DNA of 63,954 nucleotides, counting the filler, from Octopus bimaculoides (taxonomy: Eukaryota): assembly GCF_001194135.2 (NCBI RefSeq). It is 6 parts of 5 records of this genome, joined end to end, with 100 filler letters (N's around TTAATTAATTAA, not from the genome) between each part and the next. Parts side by side here need not be neighbours in the genome. Positions count along the whole stretch, not along the records: positions 1 to 30,587 come from NC_068987.1; positions 30,688 to 33,384 come from NC_069006.1; positions 33,485 to 48,785 come from NC_069007.1; 3 more parts are not named here. One strand, given 5' to 3'. This document shows, in pieces, positions 23,455 to 35,879 of the stretch (its first letter is position 1; the number at the start of each line of letters is the position of its first letter). The position numbers were made by a program, and so were the translations under genes. Below the pieces are notes generated by a model. The model saw only the letters and a list, made by a program, of their open reading frames with translations, was not told where the DNA came from and searched no databases.

Positions 23455-23853
23455 AATAAAGTGTGCTGATAAACAACACCAACATGCTAGAGATGGACAC
23501 CAAATCGCACAAAAGCCATATCTTGTACTCCGTCACCACAGATTGAAAGCGAGAGAATGAGTAAAGAAGTTGTTTTTAAAAGGGTCCATTATAGATCGGT
23601 TTCTAGCTTGGGGATATCAAATCTCTCTGCCGTCTTCAGTATAATATACCACACAGTACATAAATACAAATATTTATATATACCCATACAAATAATATAT
23701 ATCCACACGCATATATACATGTATTCACAAGTAAATATTAGTTAAATCATTTTCTCGCCTTCAATCTGTGTTAACGGAGTACAAGATGTGGTTTTAGCGC
23801 GCTTTGGCGTCCATCTCTAGCATGTTGGTGTTGTTTGCCAGCACCCATTATTG
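23454..23853. mobile_element. Tc1/mariner-type MITE with about 105-bp TIRs and TA TSD
   Basis: 23454-23560 is the inverse of 23747-23853 (aacaacaccaacatgctagagatggac...tcttgtactccg..acagattgaa.gcgaga); TA at 23452-53 and 23854-55. Confidence 0.85.
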
Positions 23854-24075
23854 TAATTATATCTTTATAATTATATATTGGTATTAATTGTTACCTATGT
23901 GGTCTTTATTTCATGGTGGCCACTTGATAAAATCTCTAATGATTTTACTCTTAATTATGCATAAAAACACATATATGTATATATACATATATATACGTGA
24001 GTGTGCGAGAGTGTGCGAGAGTGTGTACATGTTGAGACGGGTAATATGTATAAGCTCATGCATACATATGCATGC

Positions 24076-24106
<31 letters not shown>

Positions 24107-26924
24107 TATATAAATACTTTTAAATAAGTTCTTCACGGATAATGGTGTTTACATACCGAAGGGCTTGGTAAAAATTATTAACTATTATTTATTAATAAAT
24201 TGATAATCCTTTACCCTTTTATTTGTAATATACATATATATNNNNNNNNNNNNNNNNNNNNNNNNNNNNNNNNNNNNNNNNNNNNNNNNNNNNNNNNNNN
24301 NNNNNNNNNNNNNNNNNNNNNNNNNNNNNNNNNNNNNNNNNNNNNNNNNNNNNNNNNNNNNNGATGCCGGGGTGGGAACCCACGCCAACATCTCTTCAGT
24401 TATCCGGCCATTGAAAATTCCTGTGAAAAATGACCGTTAAACAAAGGGAAATTAGTGTGTGGTTGACCGTTATTAATACAAAAGAGCTAATAGACCCCTA
24501 AGTAAGGGGAGGGGATAAAAGTAAGGGAGTAAAAAGGTCTACAGTGTTCGCGTAAGCGCACCCATCCGTATATGTATATACTAAACCACCCTCGCTTGAA
24601 ACACACACACGCTCACCCATATACTCGCCAAAAACTATACATATATGTACATATACATATATATACTCGCATACACGGGTATACCCGCATACACGGGTAT
24701 ACCCGCATACACACCCCTACACACACGCACTCAACAACCTCGCACCCATATACATGCACGCAAAAAAAAAACTTTGGATATTTGCTGTTCAGGTGGCTGC
24801 CTACAGAAGTCAGAAACATGAAAGGGAGTCACATTCAGGAATAACTTGGACACACTTGAAGCCAAAATACCAGAACAGCCTACTATAAACAGTTACACTT
24901 TCGGATAAGTTATTGTAAACTCAAATATAGATAAACCTCCAGCCATAAAAATTCAAAGCAGTACCTTAATACGGTTGCAGAACAATAACTGACACCGGTA
25001 ACAGAAGCAACTGTAAAAGAATACACATATGCAGATGTATAATATTATATAATAGCAATAGTTACACATATATTTTCACAGGCATGCTCATATGTGCAGA
25101 TATAAATATCATATTTATAGTTGCACAAATACGTGCTTCTAAGTATAAAAGAGAAAAGTAGACTAGTAATAATGAAAATGTCACAATCCACCTAATTCGT
25201 TGAGAGTTAAGTGTTGTGAAAGTGAGGTTGTTCTCAGATGAGGCAATTTTTAATATCAGTATAAACAATTTCTTTGAACATCCGATTCGTTATACATTAG
25301 GCTTAAAATAATAAATGTAATTGCATTTACTGGAAATACGCATATTTCTGAAAGCCATAAACTATAAAATATACTATGGAATATGATTTAATGTCGATAT
25401 TGACATCAGCAATTGCTGACGTTAGCCGATAACTCATGTTCGTATTGGAGGAATTTTATTTTGAATTATCTTACTTATAATTATACAATCAGATTTTTAT
25501 TATCTTATTCATCAGCTGAGGATTTCAGCAGTGTTTTCTGTAAATTTATTCGGTTATTAATCAATATTATGTCTCTAAGTTAAAATGGTTTTGTCATTCA
25601 TCTCGGATTTTACGTACGATTCTGTATTTTACGATATTTTTCTCTTCTAATATTTTCCAGCGATAGATTATTTTCTATTATGTATTGTCGCAATTATACA
25701 ATATTAGCAAGAGACATAAGGCATAAATGCATGGCCAATATAATATTTGGTCGAACCATCATAATAAACTATAATCTATTATATTTAGTCCAAGTATCAA
25801 TCAAGATATCGAGGTAGAAGATAGGGACGTGGAAACATTAGCCATTGTAAATAACATTTCATTTGTCCAAATAAATCTTCCTAAACAGAATCTAAAAATA
25901 TATCAGCTTCAGAAATATTGATGGAAAGAAAAGTTTGGTGGACTTATTTAGCGTGTAGTAATAGCTGCTATTAATCTCATAAAATACATTTTTGAAATCG
26001 AAATTAATAGCGGAATATTAAAATAAAATGCAATAAAGCCGAGAATAGTAATGTATCCCATATGATATAGCATGACTATTGCGACTATAAACAATTACTG
26101 ACAATTAAATTGTTGTCCTCAGCTAAAATATTCATCCTTTGTAGTGGAAGCATAACTGTAACATGTCAGCATTTATGACAAATAGCTGAATGCTAGTCTT
26201 AAACTAAAGTGTAACATAATATACCTGAGGTAGCGCTTCTCGAATTCTTGTTGAGTGTCGAAGAAGTTCGAACAGTGGAGCGGCTATTTCTTCCTCAATA
26301 ATCAAGCCAACAACAGACTATTCTCGCTTATATTCTTGTTGCGACTGATGTCTCAGTAATTCCATCAGATCTTGTTTGATCTGGATTCTTCAATAATTAA
26401 ACGGTATCGTAATAATCACCAAAGGAATTTCTTTCAGTAGAACCTAAGTGTGACTGATTCCTGAAGAACTCCTTCGGTCTTCTAGCTAAGGAAGTATACA
26501 TTCCATCAACTGAGAATTTGATGTAAGCATGGAGATGAGAAACGCCGATCATCTTGATTGACTTTAGTTCATTTTTATTGTTAGGATTAAATCCTCTGAT
26601 TAAAACTGCTTCAGATTCGGACAATTATCCCGATAAAGACAATCACGTTCACGAGCCACGCTGAAAGTTTAAATAGTTGGATTTTTACGAGGCGTCTGTC
26701 ATTCGTGGTGCATAGAAGGTGACCAGAATACCTACTGCATGGAATGATTTCTCCAAAAGATCACCCCAATATTTTTCTTGCAGCATTCATGAACGAAAAG
26801 CAAGTCTTATGTTTCTCTGTAGATTTCCATTTAGACATTCTGTTTGACTTCTTCCAGTAAGGTGATATAGAATTCCTTTAGATTAAAGGCTATTACTGAT
26901 TTCTAAAAGTTGAAATAATCTCGA

Positions 26925-27310
26925 GGCGCAGGAGTGGCTGTGTGGTAAGTAGCTTGCTTACCAACCACATGGTTCCGGGTTCATTCCCACTGCGTGGCAC
27001 CTTGGGCAAGTGTCTTCTACTATAGCCTCGGGTCGATCAAAGCCTTGTGAGTGGATTTGGTAGACGGAAACTGAAAGAAGCCTGCCATATATATGTATGT
27101 GTGTGTATAGGTTTGTGTGTCTGTGTTTGTCCTCCCAACATCGCTTGACAACCGATGGTGGTGTGTTTACGTCCCCGTAACTTAGCGGTTCGGCAAAAAT
27201 GGTCGATAGAATAAGTACTGAATTTAAAAAGGTCCTGGGCTCGATATACTTGACTAAAGCCCTTCAACACGGTGTCCCAGCATGGCCACAGACAATTGAC
27301 TGAAACAAAG
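26925..27310 (+). mobile_element. SINE family B, full length
   Basis: ggcgcaggagtggctgtgtggtaag head with A-box-like TGGCTGTGTGG and B-box-like GGTTCATTCCC. Confidence 0.92.
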
Positions 27311-28124
27311 GTATGTGCTGTATATTTGCTCACTGCCTCCATTTAAATCAATATTACCTGAACAGGTGCACCGTATACCAATCATCAGTTGTCGAAGAGA
27401 TCACATAGCAACGTGAGATTAAGTGCTTTACTTAAGAACACAAGGTGCTGCCCGAGCGGGGAATCGAAATCACGATCTTGTGATCGTGAGTGCAAAACTC
27501 TAACCACTAAAACGAATACTGGGGTCGGTTTATTCGACTAAAACCTTTTAAGTCGATGCTGCAGCTTGGCCACAGTCCAATAACTGAAATAAGTAAAAGA
27601 AGTTAAAAGAAGATAGAAACTTATCGTTGTAATATGATAAACATGTAAATGGCACCTTTGACCCTGGGAAACTTTCTGAAAACTGATTATTAGCTCCTGT
27701 TTCACCTGATATCATGTTGTTCATTTTCTTACCTACATGCCGTTTCTATCGTATATCTTATCATCAATGAGTCTTTCAATATATATGAGTGGTCGATTAC
27801 GCATTCAACCTTAAAGATATCTGCTTGATAGATTAGACTCGCTTCTCTTAATTCCGATTTCTATAATCCCACGCCGTTATTTGTACGTTGTTGTATATTT
27901 ACTTAGCGATTCATTCATCACTTCTACGAGCAGTAAAGTGTTGTGGAGGCTATTCTTCTCTAGTAAGGTTAAAATAGAACCGAATCATTTTCAGATTTGT
28001 CTCCTGTTCTTGCTGGAAAAATTAAATTAGTCATTCAAAAATATAGCTTTTTTACGCGTATCGAGTTTATGTCCGGTTGGCGTTTAACCCTCTATGTCTT
28101 AATTTTCGGATCACTAATCTACCA

Positions 28125-28875
28125 TGGGGATGAGGAGTGGTCTAACGTTTCGGACAAAAACATTTTGTCACTCTGCTCGTAACGTTAAATCTTTCCATTT
28201 CGGCAAACTATTTCTATTACACTTTGCGAATTATTCCAGCAAGACTTGGAAGAGCACAGTAAGGACTGATAGAAAACTAATTGTATTCTATCAACGGTGC
28301 CTCGAAAGGATTTCGGGGAACAACTGGCGAAACCAGGCCACAAATGAAAAGATGCTGAAAAGAACGAGCTCATGATTACTGCAAAGGATTGTAGCAGATC
28401 GCCGATTTTGCCTGGCTGGCCACATTCACCGTCTAAACCATGTGGTTTGCAGTCGGAGTCCATATAACCCTTAGAGGTCCATGTAAGGTTTTGTTGTTTA
28501 AGTATTTTAACAAAATACACAAAGTATTGCAACAATTTTTTAATATACAATTCCGAATGATATTTAATTTAAAAAATATAACAGGAATTTATTTTTAGCA
28601 TGAGGGTCCAGTCGAGTAAAATAAGTATCAATGCGGTCCATAGGCAAAAAATGGTTGAGTGCGACAATAAGTGGCATTCGAAAACAGATATGAGTAAGGT
28701 ACCAACTGACGGCAGGCGTAAAAGGGGCAGAACGAAGATCGCTTGGCGGCGGATATTTCAAGATGAGCTGAAGATTATCAACGTCAGGCGGAATGGATGT
28801 GAAACAATAGCAGATGACCGAATATTGTGGAGAAAGCTTGCTGTCCAATGCGTGGAGAGGGGCAAGAGGACCTGA
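28125..28875 (+). mobile_element. RTE-clade LINE ORF2 3' fragment (second subfamily), split by a roughly 200-bp AT-rich insert
   Basis: SSKTWKSTVRTDRKLIVFYQRCLERISGNNWRNQATNEKML..RRFCLAGHIHRL, then GRRKRGRTKIAWRRIFQDELK..ADDRILWRKL. Confidence 0.85.
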
Positions 28876-28974
28876 TAAAATTAACCACACCGACTCTCAT
28901 TAATTTCATGAGATTCAATGGTTTCAATATGTTATCAGCTATTGTCTTAATTAAAACAGGTGGCTTTATATGAA

Positions 28975-29168
28975 TTGTCTTTTATATTTTTGTTTTTTAT
29001 TTGTTTCAGTAATTGGACAGCGACCACGGGTGGAGGTACCACCTTGAGGGGTTTTAGTCTAATGAATTGACCCCAAAACTTATTCTGTCGGTCTCCCATT
29101 GTCGAACGGCTAAGTAACAAACCAATATTGGCTGTCAAGCTGTGGTGACGATGGTGGAGCAAATACAA

Positions 29169-29206
<38 letters not shown>

Positions 29207-29330
29207 ACACACATACACACACATATGACAAGCTTCTTTCAGTTTCCGTCAACCAAATTTACTCACAAGACATTGGTCGGCCCCAGGCTAGAGTAGAAGT
29301 CATTTGCTCAAAGTGTAACGCGGTGGGACA
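28975..29330 (-). mobile_element. SINE family B, diverged
   Basis: ttgtttcagtaattggacagcgacc...agcttctttcagtttccgtcaaccaaatttactcacaag. Confidence 0.7.
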
Positions 29331-29346
29331 GAAAAATAATTACCAA

Positions 29347-29438
29347 CTGCATGCACATTCTTGCATATTCTTACACGCTGCATGCACAATTCTGCACATT
29401 TGCACGCTGCATGCACAATTCTGCACACTTGCACGCTG
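29347..29438. repeat. About 29-bp tandem repeat x3 (ctgcatgcacaattctgcacatttgcacg)
   Basis: Direct reading; first unit degenerate. Confidence 0.85.
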
Positions 29439-29610
29439 ATTATTTCGTTACTCTACTATAAAATGACAATGGCACCTCCGAATCCAACACTTCTACATGT
29501 ATTTCCATCGACTGCACGTCGCTATTGCTGAATCAGTTCAAACTTTTGACCAATCACAACACTTCAACACACTATTATAAATTCAACGGCGTTAATCTTA
29601 ATTATCAGAC

Positions 29611-30352
29611 TGTCAGACAAATTCGTCTGTTTATTTTAATCCCTTCCAATGCCATTTGAAGTAATACGAAAAGTATTTTTATCACAGAGTTTTAAGATTT
29701 TTTTTTTGCAGCTTTGTTCCTCCTGTACAACACATGTTTATCATTTCTGAAATCTGAATAAGTTTTAGCTTTTTCCAGGCATATGATGGAGTACAGAGTA
29801 GCAAATAAACAAACGAATTTATCTGACAATCCAATGGTTTTATATTGAGTTATCAGATAAATTCGTTCGCTTTTTTTTTCGTTCTTGAATCTTTTTCAAT
29901 GTCTGAATTAATACAAAAAGTTTATTGTAGCCTCTTCTACTTTTGTTTATCGTGTTCGATATTTGAATATATCTTACCTCGTTTCAGGCATATTACGATA
30001 GAGTGCCAAGTAGGAAGTAAAAAAAGTCCAACAAAAACTGCCTAATAATTTTGACTGAGTTATTTATCAGGTTGTCAGATAAATTCGTTTGTTTATTACT
30101 ATTATTTTTTCTCGTGCTTTCTTAATCCTTTCCAATATTATTTGAATTAACACGAAAAATATTTTTATCGTAGTGATCTATGTATTTTTTTTGTAGCTCT
30201 GTTCTTTCTCTTTATTTTTGTTTATCGTTTCAGAAATTTTAATAAATTTTATCACTTCTAAGACATAAGACAATGGAGAGGCATGTATAAAAAAAACAAA
30301 AAAACGAAACAAAAAAACAAAACAAAATTAAAACGAATGAATTTATCTGACA
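29611..30352. mobile_element. Tandem array of three related MITE-like units
   Basis: Units 29611-29828, about 29851-30055 and 30073-30352 begin t(g/a)tcaga(t/c)aaattcgt; units 1 and 3 end acgaa(..)tttatctgaca; interiors are homologous. Confidence 0.7.
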
Positions 30353-30587
30353 GCTCACTGCTTTTCACGTTATTCCTCCCTGATATGTCGAATGAGAGTT
30401 GTTATAGATTATTTCTCGTACTAAACACTAATCTAGCTGGGAATAACTGAACAAAAATATTGAACCAACGGAAAGTTTTCTATTCTAAACTAATATGGCT
30501 TCGTCAGAGACGGCCAAAGAATATTTCAACTTTTTTGTCTGTGAATATTTATACACATATCACAAACACATGCACATTCATACACAC

Positions 30588-30687
30588 NNNNNNNNNNNNN
30601 NNNNNNNNNNNNNNNNNNNNNNNNNNNNNNNTTAATTAATTAANNNNNNNNNNNNNNNNNNNNNNNNNNNNNNNNNNNNNNNNNNNN
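30588..30687. other. Artificial 100-bp scaffold spacer N44-TTAATTAATTAA-N44
   Basis: Same geometry at 33385-33484, 48786-48885, 58548-58647 and 62563-62662; the 12-mer has stops in all six frames. Confidence 0.95.
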
Positions 30688-31029
30688 CCACCACCACCAC
30701 CACCACCACCATTTCTATCATCAACACTGCCACCAACACATCATGACTAAAGTGTTAAAGCCATACAGTAAGCTTCACAATAATCAGGTTTGACTTGTTA
30801 CACCCTACAACACCCTTCCTCCCCACCCCACCCCCACACGATCTAAATCCCTCACTGTGTCCATGTCTGAAGCTATTAGTCAATTGCATTATCCTCCACC
30901 CCCAAGATACAGAAAGGGGATTAGCTGCAAGACACACGAGGCCTTCTGTTGTTATGTTCATCTTCATGTTAGGTGTTCAATCCTAGCCTCTGGCTAATGT
31001 CTTATGTTCAGCGACAATGTATATCATTG

Positions 31030-31609
31030 TCATTGTAGGGTTGTGGTGTTGTTAATGGTGGTGGTGGTCATGTTGTGGTGCTGCTGCTGGTGTCGGTGGT
31101 GAGGTGATGATGGTGGAGTTGATGGTTGTGATGTGGCTAGGATGGGAGTGGTGCCGTCGTTGGTGGTGGTGGTGTTGATGGTTGTGGTGGTGCTGTTGTT
31201 GTTGTTGTTGGTGGTGGTGGTCATGGCACTGGTGGTTGTGTCTTGTTGATAACGGTAGTAATGGTATTGTAGTAAAAGGTGCATGGCTTAGTGGTTAGGA
31301 TATTCAGCTCATGATCATGAGGTCACGAGTTCGATTCCTGGTGGCACATTGTGTCCTTGGGCAAGACACTTTAACTTGTGTTGCTCCAGTTCACTCCGTT
31401 GGCAAAAACCAGTTGTACCTGTAATTCAAAAGGGCTAACCTTGTCAAAGCCTGTGTCATTCTGAATCTCCCAGAGAACTGTGTCAAGGGTACGCCTGTCT
31501 GAGGAGTACTCAGCCACATGCACATTAGCATCAGTGGTGGTAGTGGTGTTGGTGGTGGTTGTGGTAGTGGTGTTGGCAGTATTGGTGGTGGTGGTTGCAG
31601 TGGTGTTGG

Positions 31610-31640
<31 letters not shown>

Positions 31641-32355
31641 GATAGTAGCATCAGTGTGAGTTGGACGGTTTGTTGGTATTGGTGGTGGTTGTGGTAGTGG
31701 TGTTGGCAGTAGTGGTGGTGGTGGTTGCAATGGTGTTGGTGGTGTTGGTGGTAGTAGCATCAGTGCTAGTAGTGGTGTTGGTGGTGGTTGTGGTAGTGAT
31801 GTCGACAGTATTGGTGGTGGTGGTTGCAGTGGTGTTGGTGTTGTTGTTGTTGGTGGTGGTTGTGGTAGTGATGTCGACAGTATTGGTGGTGGTGGTGGTA
31901 GTGGTGTTGGTGGTGGTGAGATGGGTAATGATAATGCTGGTGAGATATTGTAGCTGGTTGTGGTGCCAATGGTATTGAAAGTGTTTGAAGGCAGTGGTGG
32001 CTGTTAGGTTGAGGTGGTGATTTTAATTAACTGATGAATCTCTAATTTTGATATTCTACCATCTTCATCATCATCATCATCATCATCATCATTGTTGTCA
32101 TCATCACCACCACCACCATCATTAGGGTAATCTCCACTGTCACCAACAACCAACATTGTCACCATGACGATATTTTACCGATATCATCATCACTATCAAC
32201 AACACTATTATCACCTTCATCATCTCTACAGTCATCATCATCATCATCATTGTCATTATTGTTGTCCACACCACCACCACCACCACCACCACCACCATCA
32301 TCATCGTCATCATTTTATTCATGATGATCATCATCATTGCTACCATCACCACTAT
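31030..32355. repeat. Degenerate GGT/GTT and CAT/CAC trinucleotide tracts, with a SINE at 31280-31530
   Basis: Direct reading; source of the poly-Thr/Val/His ORFs in the track. Confidence 0.85.
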
Positions 32356-33217
32356 GGTGTATGAGAGAGAGTGTGAGTGTGTGTGTGTGTGTGTGTCTGT
32401 ATATGTATCTGAGAGAGTTTGTGAGTATGTAAGTGAGAGAGTGTGTGTATGTATGTGTGTGAGTGTGTATGTGTGATGTACCTCTGTATGTATGTGTGTG
32501 TGTGTGTGTGTGTGTATGAAAGTGTGAGTGTGACTATGCATCTGCCTGTGTGCATCTGTGGGTATGTGCGAGTGTGTATGTATATATGTATGTATGTGTG
32601 AGTGTGTGTGTGTATGTATATGAGTGAGAGAGAGAGAGAGAGAGTGTGTGTATGTGAGCTTTCCTTTGTGTAAAGTAAGGTGTGTGCATGTCTGTGGGTG
32701 TGCGTGTGTGCGTAAGCCCTTCTTTGTACATCATTAGGTACGCCAGGAATGTGACAGAAAGAAAAAGTGTAGTTTAGTAATTAAGTCTTCATGTACACCC
32801 ACATATACATTCACATCCATGGAAGCACACACAAAAAAATCATCCATGCACATCCACACACTTTTGCCTTCATGCACACAGGTACATCTTCACACCCACG
32901 CACACGCATATCTAAACCCCACTTCCCCCACACAAACATACATACAGTGCCCTCTCTTCCACCTTTACACACCAGCATCTTCTACCCCGGTCTCCTATCT
33001 TACAAATGAGACATTGTTTTTGTAAACATCTCCATCTCTGATATACGCTCTCTTTCTCTCTGGCTGTCTTTTTCCTTTTCCGTTTTTACACTCTCTCTCT
33101 CTCTGTCTATATCTATTTACCTCTTTCTCTTATATCCATCTATCTATCTATCTGTCTGTCTGTCACTATATTTATCCATATACCTATCCATCCATCCATC
33201 CATCCATCCATCCATCC

Positions 33218-33300
<83 letters not shown>

Positions 33301-34152
33301 CATCCATCCATCCATCTATCTATCTATTTATCCATCTATCTTTCTATCTATCCATCCATCTATCTATCTATCCATCCATCAACGNNNNNNNNNNNNNNNN
33401 NNNNNNNNNNNNNNNNNNNNNNNNNNNNTTAATTAATTAANNNNNNNNNNNNNNNNNNNNNNNNNNNNNNNNNNNNNNNNNNNNATATATATATATATAA
33501 TGGGCTTCTTTTGGCTTCCATCTGATAAATCGACACATGAGGTTTTGGGTTTGCCCAGGGCTAAGCTCAAAGGCACTTGCACAAGGTACCATACACTGGG
33601 ACTGAACTGAAAACCATGTGCCTGGGAAGCGTAGTTCTTAACCATACAGCCATGTCTATAACAGTTGTTAAAAGACTAATGGAACTGTAAACTTTCATCA
33701 GCTGTAAGCACCAGACACCAAAACCTCTGTGTCTGCTGAAATATCATTCCTATTTCGAACAAAAACAATTTATAACCTTGATAACCTGTATATGACTTTA
33801 GGTTACAAGTGTTTTCTTGATTCGATATATATTGAAATATGTTAAAAGCATGTGCATCTGCTTTGTTAAAAATTGCCTTAAGATAAAGTGAAACCAATAA
33901 TTGTAACCATATTTTTTTCTGTATCTTTTACTTGCTTCAATCATTGGATGGCAGCCATGCCGGGGGCACTGCTTTGAGGGGGTTTTAGTTGAACAAATTA
34001 ATCCCAGTGTTTATCTTTTTTTTTTTTAAGTCTGGTATTTATTCTATCCATTTCTTTTTCCAAACTCCTAGGTTGTAGGAATGTAAACAAACTGACACTG
34101 GTTGCCAAGATACACACACACACACTCATGCATGTATGAATATATATATGTA

Positions 34153-34202
<50 letters not shown>

Positions 34203-34543
34203 TATNNNNNNNNNNNNNNNNNNNNNNNNNNNNNNNNNNNNNNNNNNNNNNNNNNNNNNNNNNNNNNNNNNNNNNNNNNNNNNNNNNNNNNNNNNNNNNN
34301 NNNNNNNNNNNNNNNNNNNNNNNNNNNNNNNNNNNNNNNNNNNNNNNNNNNNNNNNNNNNNNNNNNNNNNNNNNNNNNNNNNNNNNNNNNNNNNNNNNNN
34401 NNNNNNNNNNNNNNNNNNNNNNNNNNNNNNNNNNNNNNNNNNNNNNNNNNNNNNNNNNNNNNNNNNNNNNNNNNNNNNNNNNNNNNNNNNNNNNNNNNNN
34501 NNNNNNNNNNNNNNNNNNNNNNNNNNNNNNNNNNNNNNNNNTA

Positions 34544-34574
<31 letters not shown>

Positions 34575-34606
34575 ACATATATGTACACAGACATACGTAT
34601 ATATAC

Positions 34607-34638
<32 letters not shown>

Positions 34639-34935
34639 CTAATTGTTTATTTAAAGATCACAATACATGTCTTTATGTGCTACTAATTGTTTCATATATT
34701 AAGAAAACTCAAACATATTCTTCAGGTGCAAACCACATATTATAACGAATTAAAAAATTTGAATAATAGAAGAGATGTAAAAAAAAAATGGAGAACGCAG
34801 CTTAAAGAAAACACAGACAGCAAACAACAGAAAACAAATAACAGAAACTAAAATGTAAAAAATGAAATAAAATGTAAAAAGGTAAAAGAGTTGTCCTCCT
34901 TCGACCTTAAATGATAAAGGTGGAAAGATATCAAA

Positions 34936-35125
34936 TCAGTCAGGAATAGGTGGAATTTTCCAATTCTTCAAATGCAACCACTGAAAATTTCTGACCCGGT
35001 GTTCGGTAGAGATTTAGGGATCTTAGATCTGAAGAGGATCTGTGCTCTTTCAGCCAAACAAAGTCTACATATATTCAATTCATTCACATAAAGTATAGAT
35101 TTCTCAATTGCTTTCAATTTAATCA
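34936..35125 (-). mobile_element. Penelope-like element GIY-YIG C-terminal relic
   Basis: Minus frame IKLKAIEKSILYVNELNICRLCLAERAQILFRSKIPKSLPNTGSEIFSGC matches the CxLCLxEK..IL....LN.RSE.FSKC pattern at the end of PLE ORFs. Confidence 0.75.
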
Positions 35126-35357
35126 CATGTGGTGATTAAGTCCGTACGTAGCTCGCCAACTTAGTAGTTTTACTTTTGTCCCTTATGTCGGAAGGAGGCT
35201 ATGCAATTGTCAGGAAAGACCAATAGAATAAGTACTAGGCTTGCAAAGAGTAAGTCCTGGGGTTGATTTGTTCACTAAAAGGCGGTGCTCCAGCTTGGCC
35301 ACATTTGAATGACTGAAACATGTAAAAGTATAAAGGAATATATTTATATCTATATCT

Positions 35358-35519
35358 GGCGCAGGAGTGGCTGTGTGGTAAGTAGCTTGCTTACCAACCG
35401 CATGGTTCGGGGTTCATTCCCACTGCGTGGCACCTTGGGCACATGTTTTCTACTATAGCCTCGGGCCAACCATAGCCTTGTGAGTGGATTTGGTAGACGG
35501 AAACTGGAAGAAGCCCGTC

Positions 35520-35585
<66 letters not shown>

Positions 35586-35812
35586 ATGTGTGTGTCTATG
35601 TTTGTGTGTCTGTGTTTGACCCCCCACCATCGCTTGACGACTGATGGTGGTGTGTTTACGTCTCTGTAACTTAGCGGTTCAGCAAAAGAGACCGATAGAA
35701 TAAGTACTAGGCTTACAAAGAATAAGTCCTGGGGTCGATTAGCTCGACTAAAAAGGTGGTGCTCCAGCATGGCCACAGTCAAATGATTGAAACAAGTAAA
35801 AGAGTAAAGAGA
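35358..35812 (+). mobile_element. SINE family B, full length with internal (TA)n(TG)n
   Basis: Head, centre and gactgaaacaagtaaaagagtaaa-type tail all present; preceded by an orphan 3' end at 35215-35340. Confidence 0.92.
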
Positions 35813-35838
35813 GTATCTATCTACCCATCTATCTGTCT

Positions 35839-35879
<41 letters not shown>

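Noticed and set aside
31030-32734. Thr-, Val-, His- and HT-repeat ORFs
   Set aside because: Translations of tri- and dinucleotide microsatellites.
33690-33765. Minus-strand GAAA...CTGATGA in the same order as the 15383 motif
   Set aside because: No NUH site with matching stems I and III could be built.
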